Made by a program: the position numbers and the translations under genes
In this document: in pieces, positions 1 to 14,400 of the stretch
Layout of the letters: each line of letters begins with the position of its first letter
Numbering within the stretch: the first letter of the stretch is position 1
Notes under the pieces: model-generated
The model's input: the letters and a program-made list of their open reading frames with translations, nothing else
Told to the model about the DNA's origin: nothing
The model's database searches: none
Assembly (NCBI RefSeq): GCF_964355755.1
Contig: NC_092678.1
Span: 7,642,422 to 7,706,421 of the forward strand
Source of the DNA: Antedon mediterranea
Taxonomy: Eukaryota; Animalia; Echinodermata
Length of the DNA stretch: 64,000 nt
Direction: 5' to 3'

Positions 1-1279
1 ATTTTCGAAGTCAGATTTACTACATCGAATCAGATCTACTGTTTGATTTCTTACTTGGACAAACTTCAACCATTTTGCTGACACACATACTTTTTGTTTT
101 CTCTTGGCCTTTACATACTGTTTCCAACATTTATTTTTTTTGGCAATCTGCTTTTCAATTTTTTTGTTCATCCAAAGAGGTTTTCTTCCGTGGCAAACCT
201 TCCTCATCGGGATACACTCATCAATATTCTTCGCAAGAATATGCTCGAATTCGTCCCACAATTGAATACCTGATTTGTCATTGAAAACCACATCCCAATC
301 TACCAAACCAATTTTCTCGCGCAGCAAATCATAGTTACCATGCCTGTAACTTCGAATATTTGGTTCAATTCTGTCATCTCTTACAAGATCCAATGAAAAT
401 TGTAACATCATATGGTCGCTTTTACCCAGTGGTGGAGACTGCATAATGCCATTTATAGTATTCTCTTTGTCTGTAAAAACCAGATCCAAAACATTGGGTG
501 TTTCGCCTTCTCTGTATCTAGTAGGTTCCATAACGTGTTGAATTAAAAATAGATCGTTGATGGTGTCAAAGAAACTTCTGCTGGAATCTCCATCTTCCGA
601 AGACACACAATTTAATTCCCAGTTAATACTTTTATAGTTAAAATCGCCGACAACGATTAAATCAGAAAAAGATGATTTATATACTTCACGGAACAATGAG
701 TTCAGCTTGATATTATTATCCATACTACAAGTCGGGCTACGGTAAACACAACCTAATAAAAGATCCGTTTTTACTTCTTTTACTCTAACCCAAACTGACT
801 CAACAAACTTATTCTTCTTAAAGAAAATTTGAGAAACTGAAATTCCATTTCTGACATAAATTAAAACACCACGACCAGAAGTAAAATCCTCATTCGAAAA
901 AAATGCTTGGTAACCTTGGACACGAAATTCATTTATCAGTGGCGGGTACAAACAATGCTTTGGTAAAATCTCTGTCAATGCAATAAAATCAACTTTTTCT
1001 GAAACCAAACGGGAAAGTAACTCTGACTTCTTATTTAGAAAACCATCACAATTTGAGTACCAAAAGTTAAATTTCTGATTGGAAAACGTACTTTCTTTTA
1101 AATTAGAGAACTTTCTGTTTTTATTTTCTTTATTGGTAACGAAAAAGCTTCACAATCTTCCCACTTCGGATAACTATGTCTTTCTCACCTGCATCTAATC
1201 GCGTTTTTAATTCACCTTTTAACTTAGTGAATGCTTCTCTTTCTTTCATGGTTCTATCATTACTAACAGCAAAACCCTT
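1..1279 (-). mobile_element. CR1-group LINE, 5'-truncated: end of ORF1 and APE endonuclease of ORF2, continuing beyond the window
   Basis: Minus-strand translation gives an ORF1 end (NDRTMKEREAFTKLKGELKTRLDAGEKDIVIRSGKIVK) and then IALTEILPK, GCVYRSP, VGDFNYKSINW, QHVMEPTRYR, LDLVFT, PPLGKSDH and KPLWM. Confidence 0.85.
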
Positions 1280-2155
1280 TTGATAATATTATCAAATATT
1301 ACAGAAGATTGGATAAATGATATTGATTGTGGGAAGTATATTGGTTTAGTCATGCTTGATCTGAAAAAAGCTTTTGATACGGTAGACCATACCATACTTA
1401 TAGACAAACTTAAATCATTTAACTTAGATGTCTCTATTATAAATTGGTTTAAAGACTATCTTTGTGATCGCAAGTAAATGGTGTCCGATCAGATAAATGC
1501 TATAGTAATTGTGGAATCCCCCAAGGATCAATTTTGGGACCACTCTTATTTATACTTTATGTAAATGATCTACCAAAGTAACTATTGTAATATTGTGTGG
1601 GGCAGATCAAATAAAAAAAATACTAATAAACTACAAATGCTACAAAACAGAGCAGCCAAAATTATTACAAAAACAAGGAAATACGACTCAAGTACACAAA
1701 CCCTGCAAAACTTAAACTGGATAAATCTTAATACTCAACTACATAATAATGAAGCCAAAATGTTATATAAAATATTCCATAATCAAGTACCACCATATCT
1801 AAATGAACTATTTACACCCAAACTAGACACATACAATACAAGATCAAATTGGATAAACCCAAAACAGAATATAAAAAAAAAAGTTTTCATATCATGGTGC
1901 TAGTTTATAGAATACTCTAAAAAAAAACAATGCAAAATGCCACAAATTCTTTAAAAAAATTATTGGTGTGATTTATTATTTATTTTGTACTCTTAGCATA
2001 AATGTAATTAAGGTTTCTGTTCATATATTTTTTGTTCTCTAATTTGTTATTTTTAAAATTTGTTATTTTTAAATTAGATCACGGCCTTGTAGAAGAACAC
2101 CTTTATGGTGACACAAGCTTTTCCATGTTAAAATAAAGTATTTATTATTATTATA
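1280..2155 (+). mobile_element. Degraded L2/Crack-like LINE 3' fragment (RT pseudogene plus 3' UTR)
   Basis: LDLKKAFDTVDH and [13 protein letters not shown], internal deletion, YCNIVWG..LQNRAAKII; ends in AATAAA plus a (TTA)n tail. Confidence 0.85.
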
Positions 2156-2198
2156 TAAGTGCGGATAACCAAAAAACACAGCATTATAATAAACTTAC

Positions 2199-2429
2199 AA
2201 ACTACTTTCACTGTAAATGTACATCTTCCTGTATTACCAGCAGAATCTGTAGCAGAACACATGACTTCAGTTGAACCAACATTAAATGATGAACCAGAAG
2301 GTAGAGAACAAGTAGCTGACAGACCAGTATCAACATTGTCAGTGACTGAAGGATTTTCAGGCCCACGTTGTGATGTACTTGAGGTTGTCAAAACTACTGA
2401 TCGACAGTTGACAATGGGTTTCTCATTAT
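2199..2429 (-). CDS. Gene A HYR exon 2
   Basis: DNEKPIVNC...PSVTDNVDTGLSATCSLPSGSSFNVGSTEVMCSATDSAGNTGRCTFTV. Confidence 0.85.
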
Positions 2430-5400
2430 CTATAAAACAATTTTTGTTCTAAGAGTTAAGGAAAATAAAACTTATTTTTATTTATTTCAACCACATCCAA
2501 CAGCGAAAAATCGCCGATTACAGGATGCCTTAAAACTCTTTAGATATAAATATAGAATTAAAAGCACATTAAAATACAAAACATGAAACATACAAAATGG
2601 CAAACTTAAATCGATTTAAGAACTTTAGACTTAAATTTAGACAAAGTGTCAAAAAAAAATATCGATAGTCTTATCTTTAATAGAAATTAAAAACAACTTT
2701 TATAAAAGTAATAAATAAATGAAGAGTAACTAGTTAATTACATTTTAGTCCAGTAAAGATAAGTCAAAAATAGGGTGAACCTAGAACAAATTGCAACAGA
2801 ATTTTTTTTTTTTTTTGTCTGGTAAATATGGTTCAAATGAATATCATATCCAAATTTTACCAAAATCGGACATCGGGAAGTGGGTTAATTAGCATAAATT
2901 CAAAATGGCCGCCATTTGCTATTTTGAAGCCTCATATCTCTCTAACGGTTGGATTTAGACCACCTAAGTGCATTACGAGTAGATATAAATGTGATATTAA
3001 ACATTCTAATTAGCATATCTAAATTCCCATATGACGTACCTGTGACGTCATATATTATGTTATAACTGTTTAAATGACATTATACTATGCGAACAATTTA
3101 GGAACTGCAAGAAAACATGTTTCTTGACATTCTCCTTGTTGAAATGAACATTATTTCCAAATTTTACCAAAATCGGACATCGGGAAGTGTGTTAATTAGC
3201 ATACATTCAAAATGGCCGCTATTTATCATACCATTTTGAAGCTCCATATCTCCTTAACGCTTGGTTTTAGACCACCTAAGTGCATTGTGAGTAGATATAA
3301 ATGTGATATTAAACTTTCCAATTAGCATATTTAAATTGCCATATAACGTACCTATGATGTCATTAGACATATGACGTCGTGTATTTTGTCACAATAATGC
3401 TCAATTGGCATTATTCTAAGGGGAAAATATAGAAACCGAAAGGAAAAAAGGTTTTTAATCTCATGAAAATAGTAGAACATTTACCACATCCAGGTTAAGA
3501 TCAGAAGTTATTCGGCCACCCTTCACAACATGCAATAGAAAATTCCAGTTAATTTTCTGCAACTGCAACTTTTTGTAACTGATATATCTCATAATATCTC
3601 ATAAATAAACAGGATTCCTTATTCTGTAATGAGTCTGGGATTTAATAATTCGACCCCATCCTAAATATGGAGTTGGATCACAGTAAAGTTTCCCATCCAA
3701 AGTACATATATAGAAAATTTAATGTTGGCGCCGTCAAAATACTTCCACCATAAATGTAGGCACAACAAGTCTACTTCATTGGCTTTTCTGATGTCTTTTT
3801 TAATTTTGGACCAAACAGTTCTTGCTTCGAATAGAATGCATCCCTCTGTTTCTTTGCAAGTGCAGAGCATTACAAAGATGTTGCAAATTTGCTCCTTAAG
3901 ATGTTGTCTTTAAGTACCAATTATTCCACTATTTTTTGCTTCTTCTGTCTTAAAACGCAATTGCTTTTTTTAATTATAGCAAAGTAAGATATTTAATAGA
4001 TCCCCATCTGCATTCAAAGTTTCTATTCCATTTTTCTGACATTTTCTGTCAAGAAAGTTGAATACTGTCTTGTCAAAATATTAAATACTGTAATTAGTAG
4101 TGACAAGTTTGAAAATTACTTTATTCCGTTGATGTGTATCTTTAACTGATGGTTCTTCATCCTAGTTGACACTAGGATGAAGTGTCCTGTTATATGCTGA
4201 TTGCATCTTCGAAACAGCATTCAAAAGATAAACATTATATAAAACATCATAAAAAGTTGTCTCATAAATGATCAACACCAAACAGATGCAATGAAATAGC
4301 AACTTTGAAAGAGCAAAATGGAGATGCTAACTATACCGAAAACTACAGTATGACATTTATCATTTCATGTATCATCTCAATTTCCAGTTGGGGAATTGAG
4401 ATGAGTTTGTGGGAATGATGGGTTTGAATAGCCTGACCCACAGATAATCGCCTCATTACAATATTTTTTTATTCCTTTACCAATTTAAGGAGATAAAGTT
4501 CTAAAAGATGTAGTTTTAGGAAACACAAAACAAGATGTGCGCTTGAGTACAAATCAGTTTCAGAAATACAGTTGATGATCACCTTTCATACGGTTCTGTA
4601 GAATAACTATTTTCATATTAGATTTTGTAAATGGAAACTTAATGATAAATTTCAACGGTTTTTACATATATATCTACTCGTAATGCACATAGGCTGTCTA
4701 AACCCAACCGCTAAGGAGATACAGGGCTTCAAAGTGGTATAGTAAATAGCAGCCATTTTGAATTTATGCTAATTGACCCCCTTCTTGAAGTCTGATTTTG
4801 GTGAACTTAGGATATCATGTTCATTTCAACAGGAAATTGTTAGAAAATTGTTTTCCTGCAGTTTCTACATTTTTTAGCATGGGATAATGCCATTTAAGCA
4901 GTTATAACATAATATATGACGTCACAACTACCTTATGACGTCATATTTACGTCATATGGTAATTTAAATGTGCTAATTGGGAAGTTTAAGGCCACATTTA
5001 TATCTACTCGTAATGCACATAGGCGATCTAAACCCAACCGCTAAGGAGATATAGGGCTTCAAAATGATATAGTAAATAGCGGCCATTTTGAATTTATGCT
5101 AATTAACACACTTCCTGACGTCCGATTTTGGTAAACTTTGGAAATTATGTTCATTTCAATAAGGAGAATGTTAGGAAACTTGTTTTCTGCAGTTTCTAAA
5201 TTGTTCGCATAGTATAATGTCATTTAAGCAGCTTGCTCAATTTTATTCATTTGTCATTTCCTTTTCTGTCTTATTTAAATGTTTGAATGTGACCTTTTTG
5301 ATAATGTAAATGTGAGCACAGAATATTTTAACGAAGATAACTTAATTTCTTCACTTGAACATTCTAATTTATCATCAAACTTTTCTATATTTGGACTAAA

Positions 5401-8400
5401 CTGTCGTAGTGTTGTTAATAAGTTTGACTTAATCTCAAACTATTTAGACTCACTCGTACATGCCTTCTCCGTCATTGCCTTCAGTGAAACCTGGTTAACC
5501 GAAAAAGATAATATTAATCTATACCAGTTACCAGGCTACAGTTTGATTCACAATGATAGGAAAGATAAGAGAGGTGGTGGGGTAGCGTTCTATGTTACCA
5601 ACAAACTAACATATATTATTAGAAATGATCTGTCATCTTGTATGACTGAAGCAGAGACTATTTTTATTGAGATTGAGTTAGAATCAGGAAATAATGTTAT
5701 TTGTGGTATAGTTTATAGACCACCCTCTCGTTCCTTGCAAAAGTTTGATGATGAATTAACATGTATAATGCAAATGATTAATCTAGAAAAAAAGAAAGCT
5801 TACCTTGTGGGAGACTATAACATAAACTTACTCCAACAATCTACCGACAACACTATCCAATCACACTTAGACACAATATTTTCTCAGTCATTTCAGCCAA
5901 TCATAAAAAGTCCTACTAGAATATCCGATAATTGTGCTTCAATAATTGATAACATTTATTGCAACATCGATTCTTTTACTACGTCCCTTAAAAGTGGAAT
6001 ACTTATTACTGATATTTCTGATCACTTCCCAATATTCTGTGTAGATACTTTGGAAAAACATAATAAGCAATATCCTCGATTTGTATATAAACGACAATAC
6101 TCTCCTCAACAAACGGAGTATTTTTTGCAAGAATTACAAAGTAATCAGTGGAATGATGTGCTATTCTCAAATAATGCGAATGTTGCTTATCAAAATTTTA
6201 CAAACACTTTAAATAAAACAATTGATAATTGTTTCCCTTTAAAACGTATTAGAAATAAGGCGAACAAGTTAAAATCTCCTTGGATCACAGCTGAAATTGC
6301 CAGAGCTATCTCTCAAAAACATAAATTATATAAAAAGTACAAACAAAATAACACCACTACTAATAAAAGTACGTACATACATTTTAGAAACAAGTTAACC
6401 ACTACTATTAGAAATCGGAAAAAAGAATATTATATGGTCCAGTTTAAACGAAATAAACAAGATATTAAAAAAACGTGGACAATCCTAAATGATATAATGG
6501 GTAGGAAAAAGACTACCAATTTGCCTACAAAAATAAAATTGGGTACTGAGACTTTCTCTGATAATGATGAGAAAGCTGATGCATTCAACTCTTTTTTTTA
6601 TTAATATTGGAGAAAAACTAAATAATAAATTTAGGCATGAATGTCAAAATGATCAAATCACCCACAGAACTTTCTTAAAGGGAAATTTTACCTCTTCAAT
6701 GTTTTTTAAGCCTGTTACTGAACATGAACTTAACCACTATATTAAAAACACAAAGAATACTTCTCCTGGCCATGATGGTATAAGTGCCCAACTCATAAAA
6801 ACTGCTTCCCCGTTTATTTTAAAACCTTTATTGCATATTATTAATACGTCATTATCATCGGGCTGTGTCCCGGCTGATATAAAAATTGCTAAAGTTATCC
6901 CGGTATTTAAGAATGGTGACATCTCCGATATAAATAATTATCGGCCTATTTCCATTTTACCCTTTTTTTCCAAAATATTTGAGAGGATTGTGTATGATCA
7001 AACGATTTGTTACCTCTCAAAATATAACGTACTGAGTAAAACACAGTATGGATTTAGACAACACCATTCAACTAGTCATGCTTTAATACAATCGATTGAA
7101 AAAATCACAAACGCTATTGAGAATAAAGAGTTCACACTAGGAGTTTTCCTTGATTTATCAAAAGCGTTTGATACAATCGATCATGATATATTATTAGATA
7201 AGTTAAGATTTTATGGTATAAGAGGAGTTCCGCTAAACTGGTTCTCAAACTATCTTAAAAAAAGACTACAATACACATTTATTGTTAATACTGCATCTAG
7301 TAAAATGACAGTAAACACTGGAGTTCCTCAGGGATCCATATTGGGTCCATTATTATTTCTTATATTCATTAATGATATTAGTCTAGCATGTAACCATGTA
7401 GACATGATTATGTATGCAGATGACACAAATGTGTTTTATAGTCACAATGATATTACTCAAGCTTTTGATACAATGAACCAGGAGTTATCTATACTTTCGG
7501 ACTGGTTTATTGCTAACAAATTAACGCTAAATGTAAACAAATCAAAATATGTTATATTTAAGGCTAGAAATAAGTCAGCTGACACTACCCCACTAGAATT
7601 GAGGATGGGAAATGAATGTATAGTAAAAGCTACTGAAGTTACTAATTTCTAGGCTTATTTCTGGATGAAACTTTATCGTTTAATTTTCATGTAAATGAGG
7701 TAGCAAACAGTATTTCTAGAATAATTGGTGTCTTAAACAAAGTGAAGTCTATGTTATCAAGTAAAATCTTGTTAACGGTACACAATGCACTTATATTACC
7801 TAGAATAACGTATGCTATCACAGTATGGGGTGCTACTTCTGCTACAAACTTAAACCGTATACATATTCTCCAGAAAAAAGCACTTAGAAATATTTGTCAT
7901 GTTCATTTTATGCATCCTTCTCATCCACTTTTTATTTCAACCCAAACATTAAATATTTTTGACCTTTATACGAAACACACTGCTATATTTATGTATCAAT
8001 ATAAACATAATCTATTACCTGGACAGCAATGTATTTCCTACCAAGGAACACACATTTGGAACAATTTAACAGACTATATAAAACAATCCCCCACTTTAAG
8101 TTTGTTTAAACAGAGATTAAAGCAATATTATAACAATAGAAATATTTAAGTTAAGTAAATCACATTATGTTATTTTGGTTTGTTCTTTTTGTTTGTACTA
8201 ATTGTTTGATCTTTTTGTTAGGGTTACATGCTTAAAGCACTTGTGCTTATTTTGTATCCCATTCCATTATCTTATTATTTGTATTGTATTTGTATATGTT
8301 TTTATTTTGATTATGGAATAAAAATGTCGATGAATTGAATTGATAACATAATTTATGACGTCACAACTACCATATGACGTCATAGGTACGTCATATGGAA

Positions 8401-11400
8401 ATTTATATGCTAATTAGAATGTTTAATATCACATTTATATCTACTCGTAATGCACTTTAGGTGGTCTAAATCCAACCGTTAAGGAGATATGGGGCTTTAA
8501 AATAGCAATTATGGTGGCCATTTTGAATTTATGCTAATTAACCCACTTCCCGATGTCCGATTTTGGTAAACTTTGGATATGATGTTCATGTTCACCATAT
8601 CAACCAAATAAAAAATAAAAAATTCTGTTGCAATTTGTTCTAGGTTCAACCATATTGTTACTGCACTATTTCTTCTGTATTGAGTTTAGATGACTGTCAT
8701 TTAGTCTGACTTTCTAGTAATTTTTTAACATGATGAGGTCATCAAAATGTTTTGGAAGATAATTGTCTCTCTGACCAATAATATATTAAAATGTTTAAGA
8801 AATTTAGATACATGATGGACGACCTTTTAAATCTGATAATATATGACGTAAAAAATGAAAATCCAACTTTTTTACTTTAATTAACCATTATGCATCACAA
8901 CATCTGATTGGCAAAAAATGTTCATTTCATATCTATAATTCAACAACTTCCACAATAAGTTTTAATCATGAATATCACTTCAAATTTGGAGGAGCTACAA
9001 GAGATGGAATTATAGTGTAATGTTGAAATTAAGTGACCTTAGTTTTTCAAATTTTTTGACATGATGACATCATCAAAATTAAAATATTTGTAACTCCCAC
9101 ATAAGATAATTGATTGATCAATAAAATATTAAAATATGGAGGACGTGGTTCGGATAAGTGAGATGCGCTATATCAAATATCATTAGCTATGACGAAAGGG
9201 CCAGAAGAAAAGAATAATAATACAGAAAAAAAAGATGATTCCTTACAGTCAAGGCGCGAATAACTAATTCAAAGTTTACAATGCAGTATATTTACTGGGT
9301 TATAACATTTATTAGGTCTATAATTGGAGACATGCTAGAGAGTTCAATAAAGAGTTCATATATTCCCAGATGGTCACCCATTCAAGCTTTAGAGCCAGGA
9401 CCAACATTGCTTAACTTCGGTGATCTGACGAAATAAAATTTTGCCAAGTTTAGTACTCTATTCGTTTGTATGTTTGTTAGCATGATAGCGTCTACGATTT
9501 TCAAGTTATCATTCTAAATTTTTCGGTGTAGGTAGGTATAGTAGTTTTCTTTCAAATTTACCCACTTCTTTTGCCGTTGCTGTTTTATTGTTCGTAAACT
9601 TAAACTATTAATGTTGATAGTTAGTTTTTTAGTACCATTTAGTGTCATTTTGTATTTCATTCTGTACATCGGTATTATAGTCCGGTTTAAAAGATGTCAT
9701 AAAATAGGGTCCCGTGTGCAATTTGTGGTGAAAGTTGGCAACTTGTCTAAATATCTTTAGTGGGTCAAAATAAACCAGAAAAACGTTGTTGCCCAATCTT
9801 TTATGGGCCTTTTCAAAATGGCGGCCAAAATATTCAAATAGCTTATATCTTTGTAATGGCTGGTGTTACAGGTTTTATTTTAGTATCAAATAATTCACAA
9901 CATATATATTTATATTCACTCTAATACAACTTTTTGTCAAAAAATGGCTGCAAATACCATTTCTGGCATTTTAACCTTTGACCTTGTCTTCTTATATCTC
10001 TGTAACCAATAATCTTAGAGAGAAAAAGTTTAATAGAAATTGCTCAGAACGACTATATTTATATTTGATCTAATGAACTTTATTGTCGAAAAGTGTACGG
10101 AAATATTTTTATTGACCTTTGACCTTCACCTTCTTCTATCTCGATAACTACTGGTCATAGAGACATGTTTTTGGTCTTAAATTGTTCAGAGCATATATGT
10201 TTATATTCACTCTAATGAAACATTTTATCAATATGTGGCCAGAAATGGCTTCATTGACCTTTGACCTCGGTTTTCTTTATCTCAATATATACTGGTCACA
10301 GAAAAATAATATTTGACTTAAAATGGTCAGAATATATATTTTTATATTCATTATAACAAACATTTTGTATCAAAAAGTGCATGAAACCGAACTAATTTGT
10401 TTGTTTGTTTGTTTGGTAGTAAGGATGTGATTTCTGAACACATAATTCCGTAATTCTATTTCTGAACACGTAATTCCATAATTATATTTCTGAACAAATT
10501 AAAGGCCAAAATGAGTACAAAATTTCATTTTCCAATTAAAAATTTACTTCACAGGAGTAATGCTTTGAAATAAATTGTTTAATTGGAAAAAGATATTGCT
10601 GCAAGTTATTCTATAGACTTGGTCTTCCGACAAATGATGACACTGCCTGGAATTTTGTTTCAATGAAACATAAAAGTATATTATGGTAGGCCTACCATTA
10701 GATACGGGAATTTTAATAATAAAAATAAATTTGGATTTGGAAAATTAGGGCTCATAATGCATAAAGCATCTATGCGCTTCACAAAAATATAACACGTTTT
10801 CAATAAAATAAAACAGAAACTATACTACCAATTCTTGCCAAACCCACATAACTATATTCGGTTTACCAGCAATTTCATGTACATAGACTCTGGCCACTAG
10901 TACATAACTTACAGGTGTTTTCAGTTATGTGACCATCTAACTACAGTAGATGACAAAGTAAATCATGGAAGAATGAAATTACACATTTTAACGTTTGATG
11001 TAAGGTTCGCGGGTTTTCCATGTAATTCACTATAAAGAATGGAAGTGTTTGTCGGAGAGGTGAGTTTTGAAAGCTGATTAAATATGGGGATTGAAAGAGT
11101 CTAATGATTGATGAAAAGTATGTTTGCAATGCAATTTTGTAGATGGACAATACTGGTATGAACATGAGTATGAAAAAATACCGGTCTACCAAACCAACTA
11201 TCGGACAAAATGTTTGTTAAAATGAATATAAAAATATATTCTGACCATTTTAAGTCAAATGTTATTTTTCTGTGACCAGTATAATTGAGATAAAGAAAAC
11301 TGAGGTCAAAGGTCAATGAAGCCATTTCTGGCCACATATTGATAAAATGTTTCATTAGAGTGAATATAAACATATATGCTCTGAACAAATTAAGACCAAA

Positions 11401-14400
11401 TACATGTCTCTATAACCAGTAGTTATCGAGATAGAAGAAGGTCAGGGTCAAAGGTCAATGAAGCCATTTCTGGCCACATATTGATAAAATGTTTCATTAG
11501 AGTGAATATAAACATATATGCTCTGAACAGGGTGTCACGAAACCTAAGACCACGAAAGCTAAGACCCCCTAAGACCTAAGATCACGAAAGCTAAGACCCA
11601 GACCTAAGATTACAAATATTTATCTTTCGCACCTGCCTTGTATTTTAACTCCAAACATTTATTCTGAATACCACACCTTAGAATTGGCACTTTCATGAAA
11701 AAGAATCACATAAAAAGTAACAAATACATTTTTAAATTGATGATTTTACAGACGTTTTTCTCGCACACAAAATGACTAGCCTACAGTACAGTAGGCCTAC
11801 CCCATGTTCAATGTTTTTGTTTCTATGGAACGTCAAAAGAGCAAAAAGTATATAGAGGGCTGAAAACTCCATCTACAGTGTGGATGGAACAATGTAAAAT
11901 TAAAATTGTAATGATAATAGTATAATCATGCAAGTACGAAGAAATAAATACTGGCAAATAAATTTTAATTTAAAAATCATGATAAGTTTTTTTGTTTCGT
12001 TTTCTTTCTGTTTTTATACTTGTACTATTATTGTTGCTCTTTTGGCGCTCCATAGAAACAAAAACATTGAGCATGGGGAGCTCGAGGAGTTACATTACAG
12101 TATACAAAGAAACACATCTGTAAAATCATCAATTTAAAGGATTTATTTATTTGTTATTATGTGTTTCTCCTTCTGAAAGTACTTATAAGTCCTAATTTTA
12201 AAGTGTGGTGTTCAGGATAAAGTTAGTCAACAAATTTGGAGTCAAAATACAAGAAGGCATGTGCGTAAGAAAAACATCCTCTGAACCAACACAATGGAGT
12301 AAATATATACCAACAAACAACCCATCAAGTTTGTTTGTTGTAAAGAAAAAATATACATTTACTCAACGGGCGAAAATAATGTGAGTTTATCTATGTTTTG
12401 CGGTAGTATTAAATTATATTTATGGTAATAAATGAAACCTACGGTGTTTAAAATTATGTATGGATATTAAAACAAGTATTGTTTTTAAGCTGTAGTATAT
12501 CTTAGTATTTGTAATCTTAGGTGTTGGGTCTTAGCTTTCGTGATCTTAGGTCTTAGGGGGTCTTAGCTTTCGTGGTCTTAGGTTTCGTGACACCCGCTCT
12601 GAACAATTTAAGACCAAATACATGTCTCTATAACCAGTAGTTATAAAAGAATGTTGTGTACAGAATCTGTTGAATGTAAAGAATATCAGGTGCCTGCAAG
12701 CTATCTAGCATTCATGTCTCTCTGGAAGACATGAAATCCTAGCCACTATATATTTAACTTGCTATATTACATACATACCTTCATTAATAAATTGTACAGT
12801 AAAATTACATTCACCAGTATTATCATCACTATCAGTTGCATTACATGTTACAGTAGTAGGACCAGCAGGAAATGAAGAACCAGAAGATGGAGTACAAGTA
12901 GCAACCATGCTAACATCAGTGTCATCAATTACCGTAGGTGGATTCCAGGTTACAGTTGAGGGTGTACCAACAATGCCAATGTCACTAGGACAAGTCACAA
13001 TTGGTATTAAAGAAACTAGAAAGACAAATAATATTGTCTGCATAGCACAAATCAGTGCACATCACACATCGGACAGGGCAATCCATAACATTACTTGTGT
13101 ATGCCATAGAGTGGTGTATGATTACAGTCCTACCTAACCAGTATTTACAGTGTAAACAGGTCAAACATTAAACATTTTAAACTTATTTGGGACAAAACAT
13201 TGTATATATTATTATTGCGCACCAGGGAAACCCAATTTGTGGGTCCAAGACAATTTATTTTATAGCCAAAATAGTTCTAAGAAAAAGATGGGTCTTATGC
13301 ACTCAAATAAACTCAGAAATTTTAGTAAGTAAACTTTAATTATCTTTTTTTTTTTTTTGGCATACTGGTAATAAAACAATTGTTTGGCATCAAACTTATT
13401 TACTACATACTGCATTATAAATACATAATCAATTTACTTCCATAAACATCGACCTCACAAACAGTGATCTCATTACTCCTCCTATGAATAAGAAATACAA
13501 ATCGTCCATTTCTATCTGGATCACACCTTACAAGGTGGTAAGTATCACTATCATCAATGTATCCACATCTGTTGCTGGCATCTAAAGGTGAATCTGCACT
13601 TTCAACAACATACACTTCTATCCCAAAATTAGGTACTACATGTAAAATAAAAGATGAAAAATCAACCAGTAACGCAAATTTCACATGATGTACATTTTTC
13701 AGTTGTATGGTACATTTATTTTCTCTTGGCCTGCCCATCAGAATATTAGACTGAATGCATTGGTAAGCCTATCGAATGCAATTGATGTTGAAACCAATTT
13801 ATCAATGGAACAATAGACCAACAAGTAATGGTTAATCCGTAATTGATCTTCCTACAAAATATAAAGTTACATTATTTGATTTTGTAAATGTTTTTGTATT
13901 TGTGGGGTAAGTTGTATTCATGTTCAAAAATATATCAAACCATTTGGATTCATGTCACATGTCACAAACAACATTTAATGAAAAAAATAAATACTATATG
14001 GTCCTATTGAGATAACTTTTTTCGTCTTTAAACGGTTGAAAATGTGAAAAATAAGTCGATTCTAATAATTTTAGTGGCCCGCTATGAATCCCAACATGCA
14101 TTGCGCATAGATTGATATTTTTTTTTTCTTCTGTAATTCATCCACTTTTCGATTGATCGCGAGGGCAAAACAAATGGAAGACTTCTAAATTTTCAACAAA
14201 AATACCGGGGTTTTTTTTTTCGCTTGCTCCCACTCTAGGAAGTGTAGGTGTAGACAATGGTTCTCGGAATGATAATGACTCAGGTAAAAAGGTTTCAGAA
14301 GGACGTTCTGGCCTCAATGTTTTCGGTCGGTAACCATTATTGAAATGCTTGATATTTGTAAAACTGAACCTACTCTGTCCAGTATTTACTGTAGTGAACT

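Noticed and set aside
3450-4600. Possible transposase remnant inside the 2771-8654 TIR element
   Set aside because: Stop-riddled minus-strand frames with no catalytic motif I can identify confidently; needs a profile search.
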